Shown in pieces: positions 26,898 to 36,336 of a DNA stretch of 64,000 nt. The DNA comes from Clostridia bacterium (GTDB lineage Bacteria; Bacillota; Clostridia; Oscillospirales; QAKW01): contig JAFTZM010000034.1 in NCBI GenBank assembly GCA_017464525.1, forward strand, positions 17,817 through 81,816, given 5' to 3'. Numbering within the stretch: the first letter of the stretch is position 1; the number at the start of each line of letters is the position of its first letter. A model generated the notes under the pieces. The model did not search any database. It was not told the DNA's origin and saw only the letters and a list, made by a program, of their open reading frames with translations. Both the position numbers and the translations under genes were made by a program.

Positions 26898-26907
26898 AAA
26901 TTTTCTC

Positions 26908-26936
26908 TTTACAAATGAAAAAACCTGTGTTATAAT
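26908..26936 (+). promoter_or_regulatory. Sigma-70-type promoter of the aldolase-like/GH38 operon
   Basis: TTTACA, 17-nt spacer, TATAAT, with TG at the extended -10 position. Confidence 0.65.
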
Positions 26937-26996
26937 ACTTTTACATTTTAAGCACTTAAAGTCTAAAAGAATTAAAGCAACCAGGAGATGATCATA

Positions 26997-27968
26997 ATGA
27001 GAAAAGGAAATCTGATGGGGGTACGCTCCGATATCAAGGTATTGGATGCCACCATCCGAGACGGCGGCCTTTGCAACAACTTTGAATTCAGCGATGAATT
27101 TGTAAAGGCCCTTTATAAAGCCAATGTGCGCAGCGGTATTGACTACATGGAATTCGGTTATAAAGCCAGTAAGGCCATGTTCAACGAAAGCGAGCACGGC
27201 AAATGGAAATTCTGCAACGAAGAAGATCTGCGCGCCATTGTAGGGGAGAATCCTTCCGATATGAAGATCGCTGTAATGGCGGATGTAGGCCGCTGCGATT
27301 ATAAAACCGACTTTCTGCCAAAAAGCGAAAGCGTGATCGATATGGTGCGGGTCGCCTGCTACATTCACCAGATCCCCGCCGCACTGGACATGATCAATTA
27401 TTTCCACGATCTGGGCTATGAGACCACCTGCAATATTATGGCAGTTTCTCAGGCGAGCACCGACCAGATCAACCAAGCTCTGGAAATGCTGAACCAATCT
27501 CCGGTGGATGTGATCTATCTGGTAGACAGCTTCGGCGCTCTCTATCCGGAGAATGCCTGCGAACTGGCGAAGGTCTACATTGCCGCCGCCGAAAAATCCG
27601 GGAAATCCATCGGCTTTCACGCCCATAACAATCAGAACCTCGCCTTTGCCAATACCATCGAGACCCTCTCCTACGGCGTATCCTATCTTGACGCCACCGT
27701 GCAGGGGATGGGGCGTGGCGCCGGTAACTGTGCCCTGGAATCCCTGCTGGGCTTTTTGAAAAACCCGAAATATAACCTCTATCACCTGCTGCTCTTCATC
27801 GAAAATAATATGCATCAGCTGCGGGAGCAGGGCGTCACTTGGGGCTTTGATCTCCATTATATGTTCACCGGAATGCTCAATTGCCACCCCAGGGAGGCCA
27901 TTGCCTTTACCGACCAGAAACGTACTGATTATTCTCAGTTCTACAAAGAACTGCTGGACAATGTATAA
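26997..27968 (+). CDS. DRE-TIM metallolyase (HMGL-like / pyruvate-carboxyltransferase-domain aldolase-like protein)
   Basis: LDATIRDGG and GFHAHNNQNLAFANT metal-binding motifs. ATG at 26997 is 10 nt after AGGAG. Confidence 0.85.
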   Translation: MRKGNLMGVRSDIKVLDATIRDGGLCNNFEFSDEFVKALYKANVRSGIDYMEFGYKASKAMFNESEHGKWKFCNEEDLRAIVGENPSDMKIAVMADVGRCDYKTDFLPKSESVIDMVRVACYIHQIPAALDMINYFHDLGYETTCNIMAVSQASTDQINQALEMLNQSPVDVIYLVDSFGALYPENACELAKVYIAAAEKSGKSIGFHAHNNQNLAFANTIETLSYGVSYLDATVQGMGRGAGNCALESLLGFLKNPKYNLYHLLLFIENNMHQLREQGVTWGFDLHYMFTGMLNCHPREAIAFTDQKRTDYSQFYKELLDNV

Positions 27969-28060
27969 ACTATATGGACACATCCGCCGGGATGTGTCCT
28001 TTTTTTAGATTTACTTCCCGGCGGATTCGTGATAAAATGATCAAAAAAGGAGGTTTTCCC

Positions 28061-29434
28061 ATGCTTCATTTAAAAGATCTGATCCCTCTTTGGGATGATA
28101 CGATCATCGCATCTGCCGATGCCACTCTCTCTGTCAATAAGCCCGCTTATGCCGAATGTGTCATGCAGTTTGACGCTCCCCACGAAGGCAGCGGCACTAA
28201 TTTTTTTACCGTCATTCAGGATGAGGATCGCTACCGCCTTTATTACGAAACCTGGACCTTCCCCCATCTGGAAAGCATCAGCGTCTGCTACGCCGAAAGC
28301 AAGGACGGCCTCCGTTGGGATCGCCCCGATCTGGGAGACGGCACCAATGTGATCATCCCCAGGATCGAGGATAACTTCACCGTTATGAAGGATCCCAATC
28401 CCGCCTGCCCTCCGGAGCACCGCTATAAAGCCACCATGGAGGACAAGGTAGACGGAATCAAATCTCTGGTCATCCGCAGTTCTGCCGACGGTATTCATTT
28501 CAAGCATTTCGGCATCATCAATCAAGGCTACGGCATTGATTCCCAGAACACCCTCCATTGGGATCGCCGCACCCAAAAATACTACTGTTATTTCCGTGAG
28601 AACCTCAAGCCGGAGGATGGCGATACCCTCTGGAAGGAGACGCCCTTGCGCACCGTCATGGTCACTGAGTCGCCGGATTGCATCCATTGGAGTACCCCCG
28701 TTCCGCTGGATTACCGCGTCGGGGAGATCTACCCGCTTTATACCAACTGTATCTCCCCTTACTACTATGATGACCGTTATTATATCGGCCTTCCCACCCG
28801 CTATGTGGAGCGGCGGGAATGGAATGATAACTACGACCAGCTCAGCGGTAAGGAGCTCCGCCGTCAAAAATATGAGCAAAACAAACGCTACGGACTGGCC
28901 GTGACAGATTGCGTCTTCATGCACTCCGCCGATCATTATCATTGGCACCGCTTTGATGAAGCCATCCTCACCCCCGGCCCGGAATATAAAACCAACTGGT
29001 TTTACGGCGATTGCTACCCGGCAGCCGGCAAAATGACAGAGCTTTCCCCCGGTGAGCTTTCCTTCTTTGTCCGTCAACGCAACGCAGAAAACCATGATCT
29101 GATCGAGCTCCACCGCTACACCTACCGTAAGGACGGCTTCGCCTCCTATAAGGCGGGCTATCAACCCTGCACCCTCCTCACCAAGCCCTTTACCTTTGAG
29201 GGAGTTGCCCTTTCCGTCAACTTCCGCACCTCAGCCCGCGGCCATCTTTTTGCAGAAGTATTGGACGAAGCCGCCACCCCCATCCCCGGCTATACCTCCT
29301 GCGAGTACTTCGGCGATTCCCTGGAGCGCTTTATCCGCTTTGAAAAGCCCCTCTCCGCCCTTCAGGGCAAACCCATCCGGCTGAAATTCATCCTGCGTGA
29401 CGGCGAACTCTTTTCCTTGCATTTTCACAAATAA
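28061..29434 (+). CDS. Hypothetical protein, possibly a carbohydrate-active beta-propeller/beta-sandwich (family not recognised)
   Basis: 457 aa with an AGGAGG RBS. The YAESKDGLRWDRPDLGDG-type motif resembles glycosidase-like propeller proteins. No signal peptide. Confidence 0.7.
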   Translation: MLHLKDLIPLWDDTIIASADATLSVNKPAYAECVMQFDAPHEGSGTNFFTVIQDEDRYRLYYETWTFPHLESISVCYAESKDGLRWDRPDLGDGTNVIIPRIEDNFTVMKDPNPACPPEHRYKATMEDKVDGIKSLVIRSSADGIHFKHFGIINQGYGIDSQNTLHWDRRTQKYYCYFRENLKPEDGDTLWKETPLRTVMVTESPDCIHWSTPVPLDYRVGEIYPLYTNCISPYYYDDRYYIGLPTRYVERREWNDNYDQLSGKELRRQKYEQNKRYGLAVTDCVFMHSADHYHWHRFDEAILTPGPEYKTNWFYGDCYPAAGKMTELSPGELSFFVRQRNAENHDLIELHRYTYRKDGFASYKAGYQPCTLLTKPFTFEGVALSVNFRTSARGHLFAEVLDEAATPIPGYTSCEYFGDSLERFIRFEKPLSALQGKPIRLKFILRDGELFSLHFHK

Positions 29435-29462
29435 TATGGTAGTATGTTCCCGAGGTGATAAC

Positions 29463-31877
29463 ATGAACAAAATTCATTTACTTTGCAATGCGCATTTAGA
29501 CCCGGTTTGGCTGTGGCCCCGGGAGGAAGGAGTGGCAGAGGCCATCTCCACCTTCCGTGTTGCCGCCGATTTCTGCGAGCAGTACGACAGTTTTATCTTT
29601 AACCACAACGAAGCTGTTTTATACGAATGGGTGGAAGAGCATGAACCGGTGCTCTTTGCCCGTATTCAGAAATTAGTAAAAGAAGGAAAATGGCACATTC
29701 TGGGCGGCTGGTATCTCCAGCCCGATTGCCTGATGCCCTCTGCCGAAGGCTTTTTGCGGCAGATCGAGGTGGGTAACCGTTACTTTATGGAAAAATTTGG
29801 TGTCAAACCCACTACCGCCATCAATTTTGATTCCTTTGGCCACACCCGCGGGCTAGTGCAGATCATGAAAAAAAGCGGCTATGATTCCTACATTTTCATG
29901 CGCCCCAACGGCATTATCCCGGAGCATGATTTCATTTGGAAGGGCGCAGACGGCAGTACCCTCCACGCCCATTGTATCCGGGGCGGATACAACACCAACC
30001 GGGGCACCGCCAAAAAGCGGCTGGAGCGGGTCATCGAAGGCCCCCACACCAACCCCGAACTGATGCTCTGGGGCATCGGCAACCACGGCGGCGGTCCCTC
30101 TAAAGTAGATTTAGAAGCCATTAACGAGACCATCCGGGAGCATCCCGAGGTGGAGATCCTTCATTCCACCGGCGAAGACTACATGGCAGATGTGGATTGG
30201 TCCAAGGTCAAGACCGAGGAGCGCTCCATGCAGCATATCTTTGTGGGCTGCTATACCTCCATGAGCCGGGTGAAGCAGGCCTACCGTGCCATTGAAAATG
30301 AGCTGATCACCACCGAAAAGATGATGGCGGCCGCCGGCATTGAGGGGGATCTTTCTGAAGCGGAAAAGGCGATGCTCTTCAGCCAGTTCCACGATGTGCT
30401 CCCCGGCACCATGATCAAAAAGGCCGAGGATCAGATCCTGCGGCTGCTGGGCTACGGCCGGGAAATTCTCAATCGCATGAGCAATAAAGCCTTCTTCCGG
30501 TTAGCCGAGGGTCAGCCCAAAGGCAAGCCCGGGGAGATCCCGGTGCTGGTCTTTAACCCCCATCCCTACCCGGTGACCCAGCAGATCGAGATCGAATTCC
30601 AGCTTTCCGACCAGAACTGGACCGAAAACCAGGTCACCCTGGTAAAGGTACGGGATGAGCAGGGCAACTATCTCCCCGCCCAGAACGAAAAGGAATCCAG
30701 CAGCCTGAATCTTGATTGGCGCAAGCGGGTAGTCTTTGAGGCTACGCTGCAGCCCATGTGCATCAATCGCTTTGATTGCGAGCTTTATATCGAAGCCGCT
30801 TCCAAGCGCCCCATCGCCCCCTGCCCGGAAACCGAGACCCACTATACCTTCGATAACGGCACCATGCAGGTGCGGATCAATAAGGAAACCGGTCTTCTGG
30901 ATCAATATACCGTCAACGGCATCGATTATCTCAAAGCCGGCAGCGCCCGGCTCCGGGTCTTTAAGGATCACGAGGATCCCTGGAAGATGGATAATCAGAT
31001 CTACGCCGAACAGATCGGCTCCTTTGAGGCAGTCTCCGCGGAAGAAGCCAACGCTTTCCGAGGCTACCCCGATGCGAAGCACCCCAATCTGCTGGTCATC
31101 GAAAACGGCGACGTCCGCACCAAGCTGCAGGCGGTGCTGAAAAACCGCAGTTCCTATGCGGTGGTCACCTACATTCTGCCTAAAAACGGCAGCCACATCG
31201 ACCTGCAGATCAAGTTGCTGGCGAATGATGCCAACACCATGTATAAGCTGACCTTTGATACGCCCCTGAAGGATGCGGATTTCATCGGGCAGACCGCCTA
31301 TGGCATCGAACCCCTGCGGAAAGACGGCCAGGAGGTATGCTATCAAAAATGGTGTGCCTTCAAGGGAGAGAACGCCTGCTTCGCCGTACTCAACAAAGGC
31401 CACTACGGCGGCAGCGCCGAGGAGGGCAAGCTGAACATTTCGGTGCTGCGCACCCCCGTTTACTCTGCTCACCCCATCCCCAACCGTCAACTGACCGACG
31501 ATGACCGCAACCACGATCATGTCGATATGGGCGAGCATGATTTTGAATTCCGCCTCACCGTGGACGGCGCCCATCTGGATAAGGATGCCGAAAGCTTCAA
31601 TCAGCAAGTCTACGCCTTCTCCTTCTTCCCCAGCGGTGCCGGTGAAAAGAAGGATACCTCCCTCTCCCTCAGCAACCAGAAGATCCTGCTCACCTCCTGC
31701 CGCAAGCAGGGCGATCAACTACTGCTCCGCCTATACAACGGCAGTGAGACCGCTGAAACCGTCACCCTCACTACTAAAAAGTGTAATTTTACACTGCAAT
31801 TTACCTCCTTTGAAGCCAAAGCCTTGGTTCTGGAAGGAGAAAAACTCACCGAAACCAGCCTTTCCTTTATAGAATAA
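29463..31877 (+). CDS. GH38 alpha-mannosidase, second paralogue (cytoplasmic)
   Basis: 804 aa with CNAHLDPVWLW, NFDSFGH and QFHDVLPGT motifs. Confidence 0.9.
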   Translation: MNKIHLLCNAHLDPVWLWPREEGVAEAISTFRVAADFCEQYDSFIFNHNEAVLYEWVEEHEPVLFARIQKLVKEGKWHILGGWYLQPDCLMPSAEGFLRQIEVGNRYFMEKFGVKPTTAINFDSFGHTRGLVQIMKKSGYDSYIFMRPNGIIPEHDFIWKGADGSTLHAHCIRGGYNTNRGTAKKRLERVIEGPHTNPELMLWGIGNHGGGPSKVDLEAINETIREHPEVEILHSTGEDYMADVDWSKVKTEERSMQHIFVGCYTSMSRVKQAYRAIENELITTEKMMAAAGIEGDLSEAEKAMLFSQFHDVLPGTMIKKAEDQILRLLGYGREILNRMSNKAFFRLAEGQPKGKPGEIPVLVFNPHPYPVTQQIEIEFQLSDQNWTENQVTLVKVRDEQGNYLPAQNEKESSSLNLDWRKRVVFEATLQPMCINRFDCELYIEAASKRPIAPCPETETHYTFDNGTMQVRINKETGLLDQYTVNGIDYLKAGSARLRVFKDHEDPWKMDNQIYAEQIGSFEAVSAEEANAFRGYPDAKHPNLLVIENGDVRTKLQAVLKNRSSYAVVTYILPKNGSHIDLQIKLLANDANTMYKLTFDTPLKDADFIGQTAYGIEPLRKDGQEVCYQKWCAFKGENACFAVLNKGHYGGSAEEGKLNISVLRTPVYSAHPIPNRQLTDDDRNHDHVDMGEHDFEFRLTVDGAHLDKDAESFNQQVYAFSFFPSGAGEKKDTSLSLSNQKILLTSCRKQGDQLLLRLYNGSETAETVTLTTKKCNFTLQFTSFEAKALVLEGEKLTETSLSFIE

Positions 31878-31879
31878 TA

Positions 31880-31917
31880 AAGCTGCGTTCTCGCTTTTTT
31901 GCGAGAACGCAGTTTTA
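31880..31917. terminator. Bidirectional terminator
   Basis: CTGCGTTCTCGC-TTTTTT-GCGAGAACGCAG (12-bp stem) followed by TTTT. Confidence 0.85.
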
Positions 31918-32127
31918 TTTATTGATCTGCGGGTTATCCGTGCGGCAAAGAATATAGTCAATACTGACTCCGTAAAAATCTGCCAGGCAAAGTAAGGTTT
32001 CCGTCGGCGGCACTCGCTCCCCCGTTTCGAATTTGGATAAAAGTGCCTGATTGATTCCCGTCTTCATTTGCAAGCCGATCTGCGTCAGGTGCCTCTGATT
32101 ACGCAATCGTTTCAATTTGTTTTTCAT
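31915..32127 (-). CDS. Small XRE-family HTH regulator (70 aa)
   Basis: LRNQRHLTQIGLQMKTGINQALLSKFETGERVP...FYGVSIDYILCRTD. Confidence 0.85.
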   Translation of the reverse strand: MKNKLKRLRNQRHLTQIGLQMKTGINQALLSKFETGERVPPTETLLCLADFYGVSIDYILCRTDNPQINK

Positions 32128-32238
32128 TTATATCACCCATATGACATTTTGACATATAAATGACAAATTATCATATAAATAAAATTGAGTATCTATATGA
32201 GCCTTGTAAAAAATGCACCAAATAACTGCCGAAAACAC

Positions 32239-32267
32239 TTGCAATTTGAAGAATAATATGTTACAAT
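32239..32267 (+). promoter_or_regulatory. Sigma-70-type promoter of the hyd maturation operon
   Basis: TTGCAA, 17-nt spacer, TACAAT, with TG at the extended -10 position. Confidence 0.6.
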
Positions 32268-32376
32268 TTTTTTGATCTGACATCGAAATAATAATTGAGA
32301 TGAAAGATGCGGAACAAAGAATATCATTCTATACTGCTGCATCTTTGGATGTGGCAGTATTTTTTTGGAGGAATTT

Positions 32377-32637
32377 ATGGAAACCAGAATTGCCCTTATC
32401 GCTATTATCGTAGAAAACCCCGACTCTGTGGAGGCTCTCAACGGCATCCTTCATGAGTACAGCCCCTATATCATCGGCCGGATGGGTCTGCCCTACCGCA
32501 AGGCGGATGTGAGCATTATGAGCGTGGCGGTGGATGCTCCCCAGGATATCATCAGCACCCTTTCCGGCAAGATCGGCAAGCTGAACGGCATCAGCGCCAA
32601 GACCGCCTATTCCAATGTGATCTTAAAAAATGATTAA
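32377..32637 (+). CDS. TM1266-type small ACT-like protein ('iron-only hydrogenase system regulator' family)
   Basis: 86 aa (METRIALIAIIVENPDSVEALNGILHEY...) overlapping the hydE start. The position upstream of hydE/G/F is typical for this family. Confidence 0.7.
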   Translation: METRIALIAIIVENPDSVEALNGILHEYSPYIIGRMGLPYRKADVSIMSVAVDAPQDIISTLSGKIGKLNGISAKTAYSNVILKND

Positions 32638-33673
32638 TTTGATTGAAAAACTGGAGCGGAAGCATTCCCTCTCCCTCACCGAATACCAGACCCTCATCGA
32701 AAACCGTACTCCCCAGTTGGCAGAAATTTTAGCCAAAAAGGCAGAGGCGGTGCGGCAGCGGATCTACGGCAAGGATGTTTATATCCGGGGGCTCATCGAG
32801 GTGAGCAATATCTGCAAAAACAATTGCCTTTACTGCGGCATCCGCAGCGGAAATCCCGGCTGCTCCCGTTACCGCCTCACTCCGGAGGAGATCCTCTCCT
32901 GCTGTGAGGAGGGCTACGGCTTAGGTTTTCGTACCTTTGTACTGCAGGGGGGCGAGGATCCCCATTTCACCGATGAGCTGCTTGCTTCCCTTTTAAAGGA
33001 GATCAAAAGCCGCTGGCCGGATTGCGCCGTCACCCTTTCCTTAGGGGAGCGCTCCCGGGAAAGTTATCAGTTGCTTTTTGATGCAGGCGCCGATCGCTAC
33101 CTACTGCGGCATGAGACCGCCGATAAAGCCCATTACGAAAGGCTTCACCCGGCAGAAATGTCCTTTGAAAACCGGATGGAATGCCTGAAAGCGCTGAAGG
33201 AGATCGGCTATCAGGTGGGCTGCGGCTTTATGGTGGGCTCCCCGGGGCAGACCGCCGCCACCCTGGCAAAGGATCTGAAATTTGTGGAGACCTTTCAGCC
33301 CGCCATGTGCGGGATCGGCCCCTTTATCCCCCATGATGCCACCCCCTTTAAGGAGGAACCCGCCGGCTCCTTTGAGCTGACTCTTTACCTCCTTTCCATT
33401 CTGCGGCTGATCAAGCCTGATCTGCTGCTCCCTGCCACCACCGCTCTGGGAACCATTCACCCCATCGGGCGGGAAAAGGGCATTCTGGCCGGCGCCAACG
33501 TGGTGATGCCCAACCTTTCCCCTGTTTCTGTTCGTAAAAAATACGAATTATATAATAATAAGATCTGCACCGGCGAGGAATCTGCGCAATGCAGGCAATG
33601 CCTGAACCGCCGCATGGAATCCATCGGCTACCGCATCGTGACCGCCCGGGGCGATATCAAAAGCGAGGTATGA
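32630..33673 (+). CDS. hydE: [FeFe]-hydrogenase H-cluster radical-SAM maturase HydE
   Basis: CKNNCLYCGIRSGN radical-SAM cluster motif, 347 aa, biotin-synthase-like fold. Confidence 0.9.
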   Translation: MINLIEKLERKHSLSLTEYQTLIENRTPQLAEILAKKAEAVRQRIYGKDVYIRGLIEVSNICKNNCLYCGIRSGNPGCSRYRLTPEEILSCCEEGYGLGFRTFVLQGGEDPHFTDELLASLLKEIKSRWPDCAVTLSLGERSRESYQLLFDAGADRYLLRHETADKAHYERLHPAEMSFENRMECLKALKEIGYQVGCGFMVGSPGQTAATLAKDLKFVETFQPAMCGIGPFIPHDATPFKEEPAGSFELTLYLLSILRLIKPDLLLPATTALGTIHPIGREKGILAGANVVMPNLSPVSVRKKYELYNNKICTGEESAQCRQCLNRRMESIGYRIVTARGDIKSEV

Positions 33674-33676
33674 ACT

Positions 33677-35119
33677 ATGTATGATCCTAAATCCATGAAG
33701 GCCGAGGAATTCATCTCCCACGAAGAGATCCTCGCCACCGTCCGCTATGCGGAAGAAAACAAACACAATATCCCCCTCATCGACAGCCTGCTGGAAAAGG
33801 CCCGCCCCCAAAAGACCGCCGAGGGTGTTACCTGTGCGGGGCTGACCTACCGGGAAGCCTCTGTTCTGCTGGCCTGCGATATCCCCGAAAAGATCGAAGA
33901 GATGTTCAAGCTGGCCGAGGAGATCAAGCAGGCCTTTTACGGAAACCGTATCGTCATGTTTGCCCCCCTCTACCTTTCCAACTATTGCGTCAACGGCTGT
34001 GTTTACTGCCCTTATCACCTGAAGAATAAGCACATCTGCCGCAAAAAGCTGACGCAGGAGGAGGTCAAGCAGGAGGTCATCGCCCTGCAGGATATGGGCC
34101 ATAAGCGGCTGGCCATCGAGGCCGGGGAGGATCCGGTCCATAACCCCATCGAGTACATTCTGGAATGTATCAAGACCATCTACAGCATCCAGCATAAAAA
34201 CGGCGCCATCCGCCGGGTCAATGTCAATATTGCCGCCACCACTGTGGAGAATTACCGCAAATTAAAGGAGGCCGGCATCGGCACCTATATCCTCTTCCAG
34301 GAGACCTATAATAAAGAAAGCTATCTGGAGCTTCATCCCACCGGCCCCAAGCATGATTACGCCTATCATACCGAGGCCATGGATCGTGCCATGGAAGGCG
34401 GCATCGACGATGTGGGTCTGGGCGTGCTCTTCGGTCTGGAGGGCTACCAGTATGAATTTGCCGGCCTGCTGATGCACGCCGAGCACTTAGAGGCCGTCCA
34501 CGGCGTCGGCCCCCACACCATCAGCGTGCCCCGCTTGAAGAGAGCCGACGATATCGACCCCGATACCTTCGATAATGGGGTGCCCGATGAGCTTTTCGAA
34601 AAGATCATCGCCTGCATCCGCATCGCCGTTCCCTATACCGGGATGATCATCTCCACCCGGGAGAGCGAGGCGGTCCGCGGCCGTGCCCTGCAGCTGGGCA
34701 TCTCCCAGATCAGCGGTGCCTCCCGCACCTCCGTGGGCGGCTACACCGAAGAGGAACGCCCCCACGATTCCGAGCAGTTCGACGTTTCCGACCAGCGCAC
34801 CCTGGACGAGGTGGTTCAATGGCTGATGAAGCTGGATCATATCCCCTCCTTCTGTACCGCCTGCTACCGGGAAGGCCGCACCGGCGACCGGTTCATGGCG
34901 CTTTGTAAGAGCGGCCAGATCCTCAACTGCTGCCATCCCAACGCTTTGATGACCCTCAGCGAATACTTAGTAGATTACGCCTCCCCTGAGACCCGGGAGA
35001 TCGGCTTCAAGCTCATTGAAGAGGAACTGAAAAAGATCCCCAAGGAAAAGGTACGAGCCATCGCCGAGGATAATATTGCCTCCATCAAAAATTCCAACCG
35101 TCGGGATTTCAGGTTTTAA
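33677..35119 (+). CDS. hydG: [FeFe]-hydrogenase H-cluster radical-SAM maturase HydG
   Basis: CVNGCVYCPY motif plus a C-terminal Cys-rich auxiliary-cluster region (FCTACYR...). 480 aa. Confidence 0.9.
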   Translation: MYDPKSMKAEEFISHEEILATVRYAEENKHNIPLIDSLLEKARPQKTAEGVTCAGLTYREASVLLACDIPEKIEEMFKLAEEIKQAFYGNRIVMFAPLYLSNYCVNGCVYCPYHLKNKHICRKKLTQEEVKQEVIALQDMGHKRLAIEAGEDPVHNPIEYILECIKTIYSIQHKNGAIRRVNVNIAATTVENYRKLKEAGIGTYILFQETYNKESYLELHPTGPKHDYAYHTEAMDRAMEGGIDDVGLGVLFGLEGYQYEFAGLLMHAEHLEAVHGVGPHTISVPRLKRADDIDPDTFDNGVPDELFEKIIACIRIAVPYTGMIISTRESEAVRGRALQLGISQISGASRTSVGGYTEEERPHDSEQFDVSDQRTLDEVVQWLMKLDHIPSFCTACYREGRTGDRFMALCKSGQILNCCHPNALMTLSEYLVDYASPETREIGFKLIEEELKKIPKEKVRAIAEDNIASIKNSNRRDFRF

Positions 35120-35121
35120 TC

Positions 35122-36309
35122 ATGAGTTTAAATAATACCCCCGCCGCCGAACGGGTACACATCGGCTTTTACGGCCTGCGTAATGCAGGAAAATCCAGCC
35201 TGGTCAATGCAGTGACCGGCCAAAAGCTCTCCTTAGTTTCTGAGGTCAAGGGCACCACCACCGACCCGGTAAAAAAGACCATGGAGCTGTTACCTCTGGG
35301 CCCGGTGGTCATCATCGATACCCCAGGTATGGACGATGAAGGAGAATTGGGCGCCCAGCGTGTGGCAAGAGCCAAGGAGATGCTCAGCCAGACCGATATC
35401 GCCGTTTTGGTGGTGGATGCCGCCAGAGGGCTCTCCCCCGAGGATCAGGAACTGATCGCCCTTTTTGAAGCCAAAAAAACGCCTTATCTCACTGTATTCA
35501 ATAAGGCAGACCTTTTGGAAAGCATCCCTGCTGAGGGCTTCTATGTCAGCGCCGAAACAGGGCTGAATATCTATGAATTAAAGGAAAAGCTGGCCGCCAT
35601 GGCCCCCAAGGAGGAAAAGAAGCTGCTGGCCGATCTGGTGACCGCCGGAGATACAGTAGTTCTGGTCATCCCCATCGATGAATCAGCTCCCAAAGGGCGG
35701 CTGATCCTGCCCCAGCAGCATACCATCCGGGAACTTTTGGAGTTGGGTGTTACCATCGTTTGCTCTCAGCATACCAACCTTCAGGAGACCCTGGAAAAAC
35801 TGAAAACACCCCCAAAATTGGTCATAACCGATTCGCAAGTGTTCGGTTTTGTTTCAAAAATCGTCCCAAAAAAGACGTTTTTGACCTCGTTTTCCATCCT
35901 TTTTGCCCGGTTTAAGGGCAGTTTATCCACGGTAGTAAGCGGTGCTGCCATGCTGAGCAAGCTGAAGGACGGAGATAAGATCCTCATCTCCGAGGGTTGC
36001 ACCCACCACCGCCAATGCCAGGATATCGGCACCGTAAAGCTTCCCGGCTGGATCGAGAAATACACCGGTGTGAAGCCGGAGTTTCACTTCACCTCCGGCG
36101 CTGAATTCCCGGAGGACCCTTCGGATTTTGCCCTGGTCATCCATTGCGGTGGCTGTATGCTCAATGAAAAAGAGATGAAATCCCGCCTGGCCCGCTGCAA
36201 GCAGCAGGGCATCCCGGTGACCAACTACGGTATTGCCATCGCCCAGCTCCACGGCATCCTCAAACGCTCTGTGGAGCCCTTCCCCGCCGTTTATGAACTG
36301 TTGAAATAA
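35122..36309 (+). CDS. hydF: [FeFe]-hydrogenase maturation GTPase HydF
   Basis: P-loop GLRNAGKSSLVNA, DTPG, NKAD and C-terminal CTHH...HCGGC cluster motif. Confidence 0.9.
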   Translation: MSLNNTPAAERVHIGFYGLRNAGKSSLVNAVTGQKLSLVSEVKGTTTDPVKKTMELLPLGPVVIIDTPGMDDEGELGAQRVARAKEMLSQTDIAVLVVDAARGLSPEDQELIALFEAKKTPYLTVFNKADLLESIPAEGFYVSAETGLNIYELKEKLAAMAPKEEKKLLADLVTAGDTVVLVIPIDESAPKGRLILPQQHTIRELLELGVTIVCSQHTNLQETLEKLKTPPKLVITDSQVFGFVSKIVPKKTFLTSFSILFARFKGSLSTVVSGAAMLSKLKDGDKILISEGCTHHRQCQDIGTVKLPGWIEKYTGVKPEFHFTSGAEFPEDPSDFALVIHCGGCMLNEKEMKSRLARCKQQGIPVTNYGIAIAQLHGILKRSVEPFPAVYELLK

Positions 36310-36310
36310 G

Positions 36311-36335
36311 AAAAAGCACCCGATGGGTGCTTTTT
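36311..36335. terminator. Bidirectional terminator between hydF and GH35
   Basis: AAAAA-GCACCC-GAT-GGGTGC-TTTTT. Confidence 0.75.
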
Positions 36336-36336
36336 C

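Noticed and set aside
26733-27983. 416-aa minus-strand ORF covering the aldolase-like gene.
   Set aside because: The plus-strand frame has DRE-TIM metal-binding motifs, a promoter and an RBS. The minus-strand frame runs through a terminator and a promoter and has no recognisable domain.
32630-35119. HydE/HydG radical-SAM proteins as the missing activase for the glycyl-radical enzyme.
   Set aside because: They lie 26 kb away and sit in a complete hydEFG maturation operon. They have the HydE and HydG architectures (biotin-synthase-like and ThiH-like), not the small PflA-type activase architecture.
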